A stretch of DNA of 64,000 bases from Caldisericia bacterium (GTDB taxonomy: Bacteria > Caldisericota > Caldisericia > JAAYUI01), in contig OY771555.1 of NCBI GenBank assembly GCA_963674785.1, positions 1,600,001 to 1,664,000 of the forward strand, written 5' to 3'. The notes beneath the pieces were generated by a model that was not told the origin of the DNA, made no database searches, and worked only from the letters and a program-made list of their open reading frames with translations. The translations under genes and the position numbers were made by a program. Positions 48,311-57,800 of this stretch are shown here, in pieces. Within the stretch, counting starts at the first letter, position 1. Each line of letters begins with the position of its first letter.

Positions 48311-49029
48311 GATTCAAGGATTTCTTCCAGGGCGTCCCTGGCTGCTTCCATTTCGGCAGCTTTTTTTGATTCACCTGTACCGAAAAAGCTCTTTTTGCCA
48401 ACGGTGACTTTGGCATCAAATGATGTGTTACTCCCATCGATTTTTTCTGAAATAATTTTGTAGTCTGGGTATCCAAGTTTTTTTTCGGCACTTATTCTCT
48501 GAAGTTTGCTCTTTGGATCTTCCGAGATATTCGCTTCAAGAAGAAGATCAAGCCTTGTGATCATATATTTTACAATGTTGAATCCACGTGATAAAAATAA
48601 AGCACCAATTACTGATTCAAACATGTCGCAAAGATTTGAGTCACGATTCCTTCCGCCTGTTGATTCTTCGCCAGAGCCAAGCCTCATACATTCCCCGACG
48701 CCGAGTCTCCTGGCGGAATCCGCAAGAGCATTTTTTGATACAATTGAAGCCCTCGCACGTGTCATTTTGCCTTCGTCCCACCCTGAGTGTTTATTAAAAA
48801 GGTTTTCAGCAGTATAGAGCCCTAAAACTGCATCACCGAGGAACTCGAGCCTTTGGTATGATTCACCACCATTTTCAGCGGTAAAGGATGGATGAGTAAG
48901 GGCTGTTAGAAAAATATCTTTGTCTTTTTTTGCAAATTTTAGTTTTCGAAAAAGAGTTCGTTGAGCAGGTGTTAATGAGATGTCAGGAAATTGCTTCTGA
49001 AATCTTTTCAACAAGTTTACCATCGGCAC
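48307..49029 (-). CDS. rnc: ribonuclease III
   Basis: ALTHPS, YQRLEFLGDAVL, EG.MT..RA, D.FES.IGA, dsRBD G.G.SKK.AE..AA. Confidence 0.95.
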   Translation of the reverse strand: MPMVNLLKRFQKQFPDISLTPAQRTLFRKLKFAKKDKDIFLTALTHPSFTAENGGESYQRLEFLGDAVLGLYTAENLFNKHSGWDEGKMTRARASIVSKNALADSARRLGVGECMRLGSGEESTGGRNRDSNLCDMFESVIGALFLSRGFNIVKYMITRLDLLLEANISEDPKSKLQRISAEKKLGYPDYKIISEKIDGSNTSFDAKVTVGKKSFFGTGESKKAAEMEAARDALEEILES

Positions 49030-49972
49030 ACCTGATCGCCTGTCTTATTGCTGATGCTATTGTTTTCCCGTCAGAAACGCCATGAGAAACAATTGATACA
49101 CCCTTTACACCCAAGAGAGGTGCTCCACCATACTCTGAATAGTCCAATAGTTTTTTAATTTTTGAGAAATGCTTTCTGATTAGAAGTCCACCAATTTTTG
49201 AAACAAATGTGGTCGATATAACTTCTTTAAACAGACCGATGAGGTCTTTGCCCATGCCTTCAACTGATTTGAGCAAGATGTTTCCAGAAAAGCCATCGGT
49301 CACAAGAACATCAGCTTCACCCCTAAGAATATGTCTTGACTCCATATTGCCGATGAAGTTTATGTTCTGGCTTTTTGAAAGCAATTTGTAGGCAGCTTTT
49401 GCGAGCTCCGAACCCTTTTCAGCCTCTTCGCCGACATTTAAAAGAGCTACTTTTGGTGATTCGATTCCGATTACGTGTTCAACGAAAGCTGAAGTCATAA
49501 CCGCAAAGTCGAGTATATTTTTTGGTTTAGCGTCAACAACTGTTCCACTATCACACATAAATGTGAACCCACCATTAATTGATGGAACCGCGGTCATGAT
49601 TCCGGGTCTGTCAACTCCCTTGATCCTTCCAAGGGTAAACAGTGCGCCGGCCATTTGTGCACCTGTGTTTCCAGCAGAAACCACAGCATCACACTTTCCA
49701 TCGGCAACCAATCTTGTCGCAACAAGAATTGAGGCATCTTTCTTTTTCCTGATTATCTCACTAGGTAAGTCAGCCATCGTGGCAACTTCTTCACAGTGAA
49801 CAATAGGAAAACTGAATGGAGAATTCTGATGTTTCAGAGTTCTCTCAATAACATCCCTGTCACCAACAAGTGTTATGTCTACGTCAAATTTTTTTCTGGC
49901 GAGGATAGCCCCAGCGATAATCTCGTCGGGGGCATTATCTCCACCCATCGCATCAAGAGCGACTTGAATCAA
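48983..49972 (-). CDS. plsX: phosphate acyltransferase PlsX
   Basis: ALDAMGGD.AP, SAGNTGA, LLNVGEE..KG, TDGFSGN..LK, YGGAPLLG, SHG.S. Confidence 0.95.
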   Translation of the reverse strand: MIQVALDAMGGDNAPDEIIAGAILARKKFDVDITLVGDRDVIERTLKHQNSPFSFPIVHCEEVATMADLPSEIIRKKKDASILVATRLVADGKCDAVVSAGNTGAQMAGALFTLGRIKGVDRPGIMTAVPSINGGFTFMCDSGTVVDAKPKNILDFAVMTSAFVEHVIGIESPKVALLNVGEEAEKGSELAKAAYKLLSKSQNINFIGNMESRHILRGEADVLVTDGFSGNILLKSVEGMGKDLIGLFKEVISTTFVSKIGGLLIRKHFSKIKKLLDYSEYGGAPLLGVKGVSIVSHGVSDGKTIASAIRQAIRCADGKLVEKISEAIS

Positions 49973-50172
49973 ACTTCAGCCTTCTTTTCCTTCTTCACTT
50001 TTGGTGCGACAATAAGTTCACCACCATAGTAACCACAGAACGGACATACTCTATGAGAGTGGATTGGTTTTCCACAATTACTGCATGATGATAAGTTTGG
50101 AACGTCTATCTTCTGATGCGCCCTTCTAAGCCTGCGTCTTCTTGGCGTCTGTTTTTTCTTGGGCTGTGCCAT
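49969..50172 (-). CDS. rpmF: 50S ribosomal protein L32
   Basis: MAQPKKK...RR..RR, CxxC..HRVCxxCGYY. Confidence 0.95.
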   Translation of the reverse strand: MAQPKKKQTPRRRRLRRAHQKIDVPNLSSCSNCGKPIHSHRVCPFCGYYGGELIVAPKVKKEKKAEV

Positions 50173-50217
50173 ATTACATATCTCCAATCTTTGCCTTACT
50201 TAAATTAGCAACCAGCA

Positions 50218-50276
50218 AGTATATTTAATGGTTTTTGTCTGTCAAGCCTTGACAGGTGAGGGTTAGATTATAGAAT
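50218..50276. promoter_or_regulatory. back-to-back promoters for rpmF and rpsT
   Basis: CTGTCAA-GCC-TTGACAG provides a -35 on each strand; plus TTGACA-16-TAGAAT, minus TTGACA-16-TATACT. Confidence 0.7.
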
Positions 50277-50312
50277 TGCTCTCGATATTTATCAAGGAGA
50301 AGGATGTATAAT

Positions 50313-50582
50313 ATGCCTCTTAGACATGATGCACAGTTAAAGTCTGTAAGACAGTCAAAAAGAAGAAGAATGCGCAATGTTTCTCAGAAGTCAGAAACAA
50401 AGACCGCACTTAAAAAAGCTCTCACTGCTCTCGGAACTGAGAATGCAGAAGATAGCGTAAGATATGCAATCAAAAAATTGGATAAGCTTGAAGCCCATGG
50501 CATTCTTCATAAAAACACAGTAGCGAGAAAAAAATCTCGTCTTATGAAAAGATTCAACAACTCCCTTAATAGCGAAGAATAA
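50313..50582 (+). CDS. rpsT: 30S ribosomal protein S20
   Basis: K..RQS..RR.RN...KS..KT..KK, LDK....GILHKN..ARKKSRL; alternative start 50304. Confidence 0.95.
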   Translation: MPLRHDAQLKSVRQSKRRRMRNVSQKSETKTALKKALTALGTENAEDSVRYAIKKLDKLEAHGILHKNTVARKKSRLMKRFNNSLNSEE

Positions 50583-50597
50583 AAGTAGGCTTTTTAA

Positions 50598-50909
50598 ATG
50601 AGCTATCTGGTTCCTCTAATTATTAAGGGTGCGGTCATATTGACGATTGTTCTGACTCTTTTATTTGGATTTAGAGCGATCAGGGAGTTTAGACGAGGTT
50701 TGTTTGCTAGTTACTTCAAAGTGTTTATTGCTGGCATGTCGGTGATATTGCTCGCCTGGATTCTTGACTTAACCTTTACCCTTTCAAGTTTGACAGGTTT
50801 GTTATTGGTGCCAAGAATAGTCGATCTTATTGGGTTTCTAATCATTCTATTGTCAATAATCTTCCTTATTGGAAGATTACTTAATCCATATGATGGGGTT
50901 GGATTGTGA
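50598..50909 (+). CDS. small membrane protein (about 3 TM)
   Basis: Three hydrophobic stretches; GTGA overlap with the V4R gene. Confidence 0.65.
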   Translation: MSYLVPLIIKGAVILTIVLTLLFGFRAIREFRRGLFASYFKVFIAGMSVILLAWILDLTFTLSSLTGLLLVPRIVDLIGFLIILLSIIFLIGRLLNPYDGVGL

Positions 50910-51538
50910 TGTTTGACCCACCTAAAGGTTTTTTTGACCCACCAATTCTTGATATAAACATGGAGACTGGGATTGTCATGCCAAATTCTGGTATTAGAAC
51001 AATCATGATGGACGAGATGTTTATACTCGGTTTACAGAAGATGGTTGAGGATTTCACTGGCGAATCTGGTGGATTTATTCTTTATCATCTTGGGTATTGG
51101 TGGAGTAGAAAGCACCACGAGATGACTCTTACCCCAACTCTAAAGAGATTAGGATTCAATTCAGTTGATGAGATGCCTGAGGAAGCGTATTCCGTTGCTA
51201 TGGATAAATCCTTTGCAAGAGCCGGATTCGGAAGAGTTGAAGTAGAAGAGGGTTACAAAAAAGACAAAGAAATGTTTGAAATAAAGCTCTCAAATTCTGC
51301 CTATGCCGGTATCGTTGGCAATATTGGGAGACCTGCCTGTCACCTTTATGCAGGAATGTTCGCTGCATATTTTGAGGACTTTGTGGGGCATGAACTAGGT
51401 GTCATTGAAACAAAATGTCTTTCGACTGGTGATGATTATTGTCTGTTTGTTGCAGGACCAAGGAAGAAAATAAAAGCTGCAAGATTCTGGAAGAGTCACG
51501 GAATGACTTCAAAGGATTTTGCTAAAAAGATTAAGTAG
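50906..51538 (+). CDS. V4R (4-vinyl reductase-like) domain protein
   Basis: LY.LG..W, GFG, P.CH..AG.FA..F......ETKC...GD..C.F zinc signature. Confidence 0.85.
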   Translation: MMFDPPKGFFDPPILDINMETGIVMPNSGIRTIMMDEMFILGLQKMVEDFTGESGGFILYHLGYWWSRKHHEMTLTPTLKRLGFNSVDEMPEEAYSVAMDKSFARAGFGRVEVEEGYKKDKEMFEIKLSNSAYAGIVGNIGRPACHLYAGMFAAYFEDFVGHELGVIETKCLSTGDDYCLFVAGPRKKIKAARFWKSHGMTSKDFAKKIK

Positions 51539-51563
51539 AATATCTTTACAATTTGCAAGTTTT

Positions 51564-51595
51564 AGCCCTTCGGAAAAATACCGAAGGGCTTTTTT
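51564..51595 (+). terminator. intrinsic terminator of rpsT operon
   Basis: AGCCCTTCGG-aaaaata-CCGAAGGGCT-TTTTT. Confidence 0.85.
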
Positions 51596-51602
51596 AATTT
51601 AA

Positions 51603-52586
51603 CTAAACAAGACTAAAAAGCGCACTTTCCAATGAGAAAAGTGCATCGGCTTTGCCAGTTTTAAAGCTTATCTCGGCATCTTGAAGACTTTCAAGATATC
51701 CCAGTAGTTCTTTTTTTGAAAATCTATTTGATGAACTGATAGCTTTCTTAGCAACAAAAGGATGGCACTTTAATTTTTGTGCAATCTCTTTTTGGTCGTA
51801 TCTCTTGTGTGACAGTTCACCTGCTAAAAGCACCTTCATGAAATGGTTGCTTATCATTGATAACGCTCGTTCAGGAGGTTCACCGTTGTGAATCATTGTA
51901 TGAATCAATCTTATTCCAACCGATGTTTTTTTGTCAGCAAGAGCATCTAAAACCTGGAAGATTATAAGGTCGATCTTTTTTGGAATGATTTCTTTGATAT
52001 GTGAGCTTTCAATCATCATGTCTTTTCCAGCAAATGCAACGAGCTTGTCAATTTCCATTGAAAGGGATAACATATCTCCACAAGTATGTTCGATAAGGAG
52101 GTGTGCAGCATCGGCACTGATTGAGCATTCATTATCTTTAAAACGCTTCTTTATCCAAGATAGAAGCATTCGTTCGTTAACTCCGCCTTCTGATATAACT
52201 TTTGCAGATTTGGTTAAGAATTTTCCGATGATCGTATTTTTTGCAATCCCTGTTTCTATAAATATTGCTACATTTCCTGGAATCATATTTTCAAAAGCAG
52301 AAACGATTTCCTTTGCTTTATTACCTTTAATCTTTCCAGCATCGGAAACCAGAATAACGTTGTTGCCCGAAAGCAGACTTCCAGAGCTTAGAAGCTCGTT
52401 TAGGTTATGAGGTTCAATCTCGTTTATATTTACTTTTTTTGCTGAAGATTTTGAACCTGTTGTTATGTTTACGATTTCATCAACAACCTGACGCTCAAGG
52501 TATGGAATGTTAGCCACCAGATGATAAATCTGATCAGGTGTTCCGCCATCTTTGAGTCTTTTTAGTTCGCTTACATATGAGATCAT
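51603..52586 (-). CDS. holA: DNA polymerase III delta subunit
   Basis: WI...F......I...AA..L......D...L..E.DKL, IF...DA, HPFVAKK, K.G. Confidence 0.85.
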   Translation of the reverse strand: MISYVSELKRLKDGGTPDQIYHLVANIPYLERQVVDEIVNITTGSKSSAKKVNINEIEPHNLNELLSSGSLLSGNNVILVSDAGKIKGNKAKEIVSAFENMIPGNVAIFIETGIAKNTIIGKFLTKSAKVISEGGVNERMLLSWIKKRFKDNECSISADAAHLLIEHTCGDMLSLSMEIDKLVAFAGKDMMIESSHIKEIIPKKIDLIIFQVLDALADKKTSVGIRLIHTMIHNGEPPERALSMISNHFMKVLLAGELSHKRYDQKEIAQKLKCHPFVAKKAISSSNRFSKKELLGYLESLQDAEISFKTGKADALFSLESALFSLV

Positions 52587-53869
52587 GGATAGATGTGTTC
52601 AAGCATTCTTGGGAATGGTGATGCTTCTCTAACATGTGCAGCTCCAGCTAACCATCCAACCATTCTTTCGATTCCAAGACCAAATCCTGAATGTGGGAAG
52701 CTACCGTATCTTCTGAGATCGAGATACCATTCAAAAGTAGACATATCGAGATTGTGTGCTTTAATTCGTTCAACCAGAAGATTGATATCATCTTCTCTTT
52801 GAGAACCACCTATAATTTCACCAACACCTTCCGGAGCGATCATGTCGTCGCAAAGAGCAACCTTTGGGTTTTCAGGGTCACGTTTCATATAAAACGCTTT
52901 AACCTCAACCGGATATTTTTCGATGATGAGTGGTCTTTCGTGCATCTCGGAAAGAATGGTTTCATCAGGAGCACCAAAATCGCTTCCCCATTCGATTTCT
53001 GAACCCTTTCTTTTGAGAATATCCACAGCTTCAGTATATGTCATTCTAGGGAATGGTGTAACGATGTTTTCAAGTTTTGAAATATCTCGTTCAAGAACCT
53101 CAAGTTCTGTTTTGCAGTTTTTCAAAACATCAGAAACGAGGTATGAAAGGAATCTTTCTTGAAGGTTCATGTTCTCTTCATGGGTCAAAAATGCAGCTTC
53201 GGGCTCAACCTGCCAGAACTCAATAAGATGTCTTCTTGTTTTACTTTTTTCTGCTCTAAAAACTGGACCAAAACAGTAAACTTTTCCAAATGCAGCAGCG
53301 GTTGCCTCGTTGTAAAGCTGACCTGATTGGCTCAGATACGCAGATTTTCCAAAGTAATCTGTCTCAAAAAGTGTCGTTGTACCTTCACAAGCACTTGGTG
53401 TGAGACACGGGGCATCGATGTTAACGAATCCTTCTTCATCGAGGAAATCCCTAATTGCTTTTGTTAATCTAGATCTGATTCGAAGAGTTGCCCATTGTTT
53501 TTGTGAACGTAACCAAAGATGCCTGTTTGAAACAAGAAAGCCCGTGCCGTGTTCTTTTGGACTGATTGGATAATCTGTACTGCTTCCAATAAGTGATGCA
53601 TGTTCAATATCAAGTTCAAATACACCCTGTTTTTTTGGATGTTCTTTGACTATTCCGGTTATCTCAACGGAGCTTTCTTGGGTATAAGCTTTTATCTCGT
53701 TAAATAGTTCTTCGTTAAGGTTTCCCTTGAATGCGACGCACTGACAAAGACCCGTTCCATCTCTTAAGACTAAAAAAACAAGCTTACCAGAAGACCTTGA
53801 GTTATAAACCCATCCACAGAGCTTCACGCTCTCTCCAACATGTTTACCAAGTTCAGATATAGTTACCAT
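52583..53869 (-). CDS. asnS: asparagine--tRNA ligase
   Basis: GWV...R.SGK..F..LRDG.G..Q, RHLWLR, EGT..LF, YLSQSGQLY, FRAEKS.TRRHL.EFW..EPE, GEIIGGSQRE, PHSGFGLG.ER. Confidence 0.95.
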   Translation of the reverse strand: MVTISELGKHVGESVKLCGWVYNSRSSGKLVFLVLRDGTGLCQCVAFKGNLNEELFNEIKAYTQESSVEITGIVKEHPKKQGVFELDIEHASLIGSSTDYPISPKEHGTGFLVSNRHLWLRSQKQWATLRIRSRLTKAIRDFLDEEGFVNIDAPCLTPSACEGTTTLFETDYFGKSAYLSQSGQLYNEATAAAFGKVYCFGPVFRAEKSKTRRHLIEFWQVEPEAAFLTHEENMNLQERFLSYLVSDVLKNCKTELEVLERDISKLENIVTPFPRMTYTEAVDILKRKGSEIEWGSDFGAPDETILSEMHERPLIIEKYPVEVKAFYMKRDPENPKVALCDDMIAPEGVGEIIGGSQREDDINLLVERIKAHNLDMSTFEWYLDLRRYGSFPHSGFGLGIERMVGWLAGAAHVREASPFPRMLEHIYP

Positions 53870-54050
53870 AGGTAACCTCCTTACCAAAAATCGACTAATT
53901 TTTCTGTATATTAGCACCATTTTATTCGACAATACAACTATGTTTTTTTCTATCGGTTAAACACTTTATAAAATAGACCTTGAACATTGTTTAATGATTT
54001 GGTATAAACTTCTTTCGTTAAAGATATGACGTGAGACAAGGAGTAGTAAC

Positions 54051-54284
54051 TTGTTTAAGATAATAATGATAACAATTTCAGTAGTGACAGGAATCGGGTT
54101 GACCGTTGGTTACCTTCTCCAGTCACCAAAGGCATCCGGTCTCGGAGCAATTGGTGGAACAGCTCACCAGTTCAAAATGAGATCAGGTAGAGATGCCTTT
54201 TATGATAAACTTATTGTTTGGTGTGCGGTTATTTTTGGGATTTCAATCTTCCTCCTTTCCATTTGGAATCCAGCAATTTGGTGA
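54051..54284 (+). CDS. secG: preprotein translocase subunit SecG
   Basis: TM-LLQSPK..GLG.IGG-TM; followed by tRNA-Leu as usual. Confidence 0.88.
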   Translation: MFKIIMITISVVTGIGLTVGYLLQSPKASGLGAIGGTAHQFKMRSGRDAFYDKLIVWCAVIFGISIFLLSIWNPAIW

Positions 54285-54310
54285 TTGAATAACTGATTTT
54301 TTTTAAAAGT

Positions 54311-54395
54311 GCCGAGGTGGCGGAATTGGTAGACGCGTACGTTTAAGGTGCGTATGTCCAGCGACGTGGGGGTTCGAGTCCCCCCTTCGGCACCA
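54311..54395 (+). tRNA. tRNA-Leu (anticodon AAG)
   Basis: Acceptor GCCGAGG/CTTCGGC-A-CCA; anticodon stem TACGT/GCGTA, loop TT-AAG-GT; long variable arm; T-arm GGGGG-TTCGAGT-CCCCC. Confidence 0.92.
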
Positions 54396-54417
54396 CTTTT
54401 TTTCATCAACGAGATTC

Positions 54418-54492
54418 GGGCGGATAGTTCAGCGGTAGAACGCTTGCCTTACACGCAAGAAGTCACAGGTTCGAATCCTGTTTCGCCCACCA
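54418..54492 (+). tRNA. tRNA-Val (TAC)
   Basis: Acceptor GGGCGGA/TTCGCCC-A-CCA; stem CTTGC/GCAAG, loop CT-TAC-AC; TTCGAAT T-loop. Confidence 0.95.
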
Positions 54493-54512
54493 CTTTCAAG
54501 CTTTCCCTTAAT

Positions 54513-54537
54513 CGATCCATTTTTGGGTCGTTTTTTT
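54513..54537 (+). terminator. terminator after secG-tRNA-Leu-tRNA-Val
   Basis: CGATCCA-TTTT-TGGGTCG then T7. Confidence 0.65.
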
Positions 54538-54675
54538 ATTTATGGACTTTTTAACAGAAATCTTTTTCAATTACTTATCACTAAAACTTTCCTGTTCGAT
54601 TAACCCCAAAAATCTATCTATTTCTTAAAATAATATCTTGGATGCAGGCGTTGATGATATATTTTTGAAAGTTAA

Positions 54676-54703
54676 TTGACAGTAGAATTCAATTCGCTAG
54701 AAT
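54676..54703 (+). promoter_or_regulatory. tRNA-Asp promoter
   Basis: TTGACA-16-TAGAAT, 17 nt before the tRNA. Confidence 0.7.
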
Positions 54704-54720
54704 TCTATTTCGTTATTTGC

Positions 54721-54796
54721 GGGGTCGTGGTGTAGCGGTTAACACGCCAGCCTGTCACGCTGGAGATCGGGGGTTCGATTCCCCTCGACCTCGCCA
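54721..54796 (+). tRNA. tRNA-Asp (GTC)
   Basis: Acceptor GGGGTCG/CGACCTC-G-CCA; stem CCAGC/GCTGG, loop CT-GTC-AC. Confidence 0.95.
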
Positions 54797-54880
54797 TCTA
54801 ACAAATGACTCGTTTCTTAAGAACCCAAAACCCTTGAAACATTATTTTATTTGTATAGTTTTTTATTTTGGAGGTTCTGT

Positions 54881-57800
54881 TTGAAGAAAAGAGTTCTCGT
54901 TTCAATAGCGATAGTAATTTTTGCCCTCTCGGCACAGTTCCCAGTCTTGCTCGCAAGTGATCATGTCGAATATGTTGACGTCCTTATTACGCTCAACGGA
55001 CCATGTGTTTCAAATCTTTTGCCGAGTAATTACACTGACTCTAATTCTCGATTGTTTGATAAAAATGTTTTCATAACTTCGGATATGATTTCGGATTCCG
55101 TCTCATCTTTTGTAAACTCTTATGATTTATATTTCGATGAGGTGTACCAAGGTTACTCCATTTTGATGAGGGGTTTCTCCTGCAGAATTCAGAAAAGAAA
55201 TATCAATAAGATTCAAGAATTAGTGGCGGTTTCATCGGTTTTAATTCTGCCCGAATACAAACTTGATCTGGATACTTCCGTTCCAGTGATTAAAGCTGAT
55301 CAGGTTTGGGACATGGAAAACGATTTTGGTGAACATATTGATGGAACTGGAACAAAAATTGGAATCATAGATTCAGGTCTGGACTATACAAATCCTGATT
55401 TGGGTGGTGGTGCTGGACCAGGAAGAAAAGTTATCGAGGCATATGATTACGCTGATAATCTCGACGTTGCAAGAGACGGGCAGAACCACGGAACCCATGT
55501 TGCAGGAATCTGTGCTGCAGATGGCAAAGTAAAAGGTGTTGCTCCAAAGGCAAATCTAGTTGCTTTCAAAGTTTTTTCATCAGAAGGCAGACGAACGAAC
55601 GTTGGTGCAAATATCATAAAGGCTCTTGAACAGGCTCTCCTTTCAAAATGTGATGTTGTCAATCTATCTCTTGGTTCAATAGCTACTGACCCAGGTACAG
55701 ATGCTGATTCAATTTACAATAATGCTGTTGATGCCGGAATGGTTATCTGTGCATCGTCAGGCAATAATGGAGCAAGAGCACCAGGGAAAGGTTTTCCAAT
55801 CGGTTATCCCAGCAGTATTGAATCAGTGATTTCTGTTGCTGCATCGGACGATTCATTGAAAATGTTTGGTGAAGTGATTGAGCCTGATGATGTAAATATC
55901 AAATTTGAGATAATGCCTTTCGTTTTATCACCCGAATGGATAGGTGGAGAATTTGAGATTGTGGATTGTGGATATGGAAACTCTGAAGATGATTTTGCTG
56001 GTAAGAACCTTAAAGGGAAAATTGCACTGATCCAACGAGGTGGTGTTTCAAATATTGAATCTGCTTATTTCAAATACAAGGTTATTAATGCTGGAAAAGC
56101 TGGAGCATCTGCGTGTATAATCTATAATAATAGATTTGGTGGTTACAATAATGTTGCATTAACTGTACCTGATGAAGAAAACAATAAAGATGATCGATTT
56201 CTTGTTCCAACCTCTTCTATGTCAAACCTTCAAGGCGAGGAGCTGTTGAGGTTAATGGAAAAAGGAACCTGCAAAATATTGGTGTCCGTGGGTAAACAAA
56301 CTGATTCAATGGCTTATTTTTCATCTTCTGGTCCAAGTTCCTTGATTGGTTTCAAACCAGATGTTGCAGCACCAGGCGTTAATATCTACAGCACACTGAG
56401 GACAGAAAAAGAAGATACTCCTTCGTGGGGGTATAAGAATGGCACATCGATGGCTTGTCCTCATGTCAGTGGTGCTGTTGCTCTTATAAAACAGGCTTAT
56501 CCTGATGCCTCTCCAATTGAGGTTAAATCACGGCTTATGGGAAGTGCAACTTTATTGTGGAACGATATGGCAAACGAGTATCTTCCTCTAACGATGCAGG
56601 GAGCCGGAAGAATTGACATAAAAAAAGCAATTGAAACCGAGTCAATCTTTTCCCCGCCCGGTGGTGCTGTAATTGCTGATTACAGCGGTAAGGCTGAGTT
56701 TGAGTTTTCCATTCATAACCTCTCCTCTAAAAATCAGAGTGTTGAGCTTTCTTATTATTCCATCGGTAGAGATACAGAAGCAGAATTTGAGTTTGATCGT
56801 TTATCTATTAAACCCCGTGGAATTGTAAACTCGACAGTAAAGATAAGCTGTACAAATGGGATTGAAGGGATTCTTGAGGGGGTTATTTTTGCAGAAATAA
56901 ATGGCGAAAAGATCCATCTCCCATTGATGATTCAACATCAAAGCAGTTATTTGCCTCCTCAGCTATCGTATCTTAGAGTCACTGATAACAACCATCTTGA
57001 TGTATCAAATGATGATTCTGAGGTTTTTTTAACGTTTAAACTCAATTATGGAAGCTTTATTACTTCGATCGACAGCCCCGGTGATTTTATAACAAGCACG
57101 TTTGCTGCTGCAAAAATTGGTACTATTAATGATGAAAAAAAAGAACTTGGAACGATACTGTACGAAGATTACATTCCAATCGGATATTATCACATACCAT
57201 GGAATGGAAGAGATATTGCTGAAAGCTTAATTGCTCATAATGGAAAAAATCGAATTCAAGGTCAGGGAATAAGAACGATCGAATATAACAATGGTGAAGC
57301 CCCAACGGTTATCCAGCAACGACCAGCGGCAGCAACGATTGTTAATGTAGAAGGGTCGCCGTTATTAGAAACCCAAAATATTGGAATCCTGCTGGCACCT
57401 GAAAAACCTGGTTTAAACGATGATTTTGAGATCAGAATTTATTTATCAGAAACGGTTGGGGTTAGAGAGTTTGATTTTGAGTTAAACTACCCTTCCGAAT
57501 TTATTGAGATTGTAGATATTCATCCAGATAGAATCTTTGGTGACTCCGGAAGGTTAAATTTTGAAGATAATAAAACCAGAAATAAGTTGATTGTTCACGT
57601 TGAAACCGATGAAGACATGGTCGATTGGCATAAAGGGACAGCGATTTCAATCCTCGCAAAAATGATAAAAACCTCTGATAACATCCTACCTATGGGTTTT
57701 CTTTCTGCATCAGTATTAATTGATTATGACCGAGTTAAACTTCCGTTATCCCACTTCCTTATAAGAAACATACCAAAGATAAGCTGTTTTGACTTGAATG

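Noticed and set aside
50911-50944. Direct repeat TTTGACCCACC x2
   Set aside because: Two copies within coding sequence (FDPP..FDPP); not an array
54343-54349. Reading the Leu tRNA as anticodon TAA
   Set aside because: Shifting the loop by one base destroys the anticodon stem pairing; G37 fits a CUN-decoding tRNA
54493-54880. Integrative element at the tRNA cluster
   Set aside because: No integrase and no duplicated tRNA 3' end seen in the window
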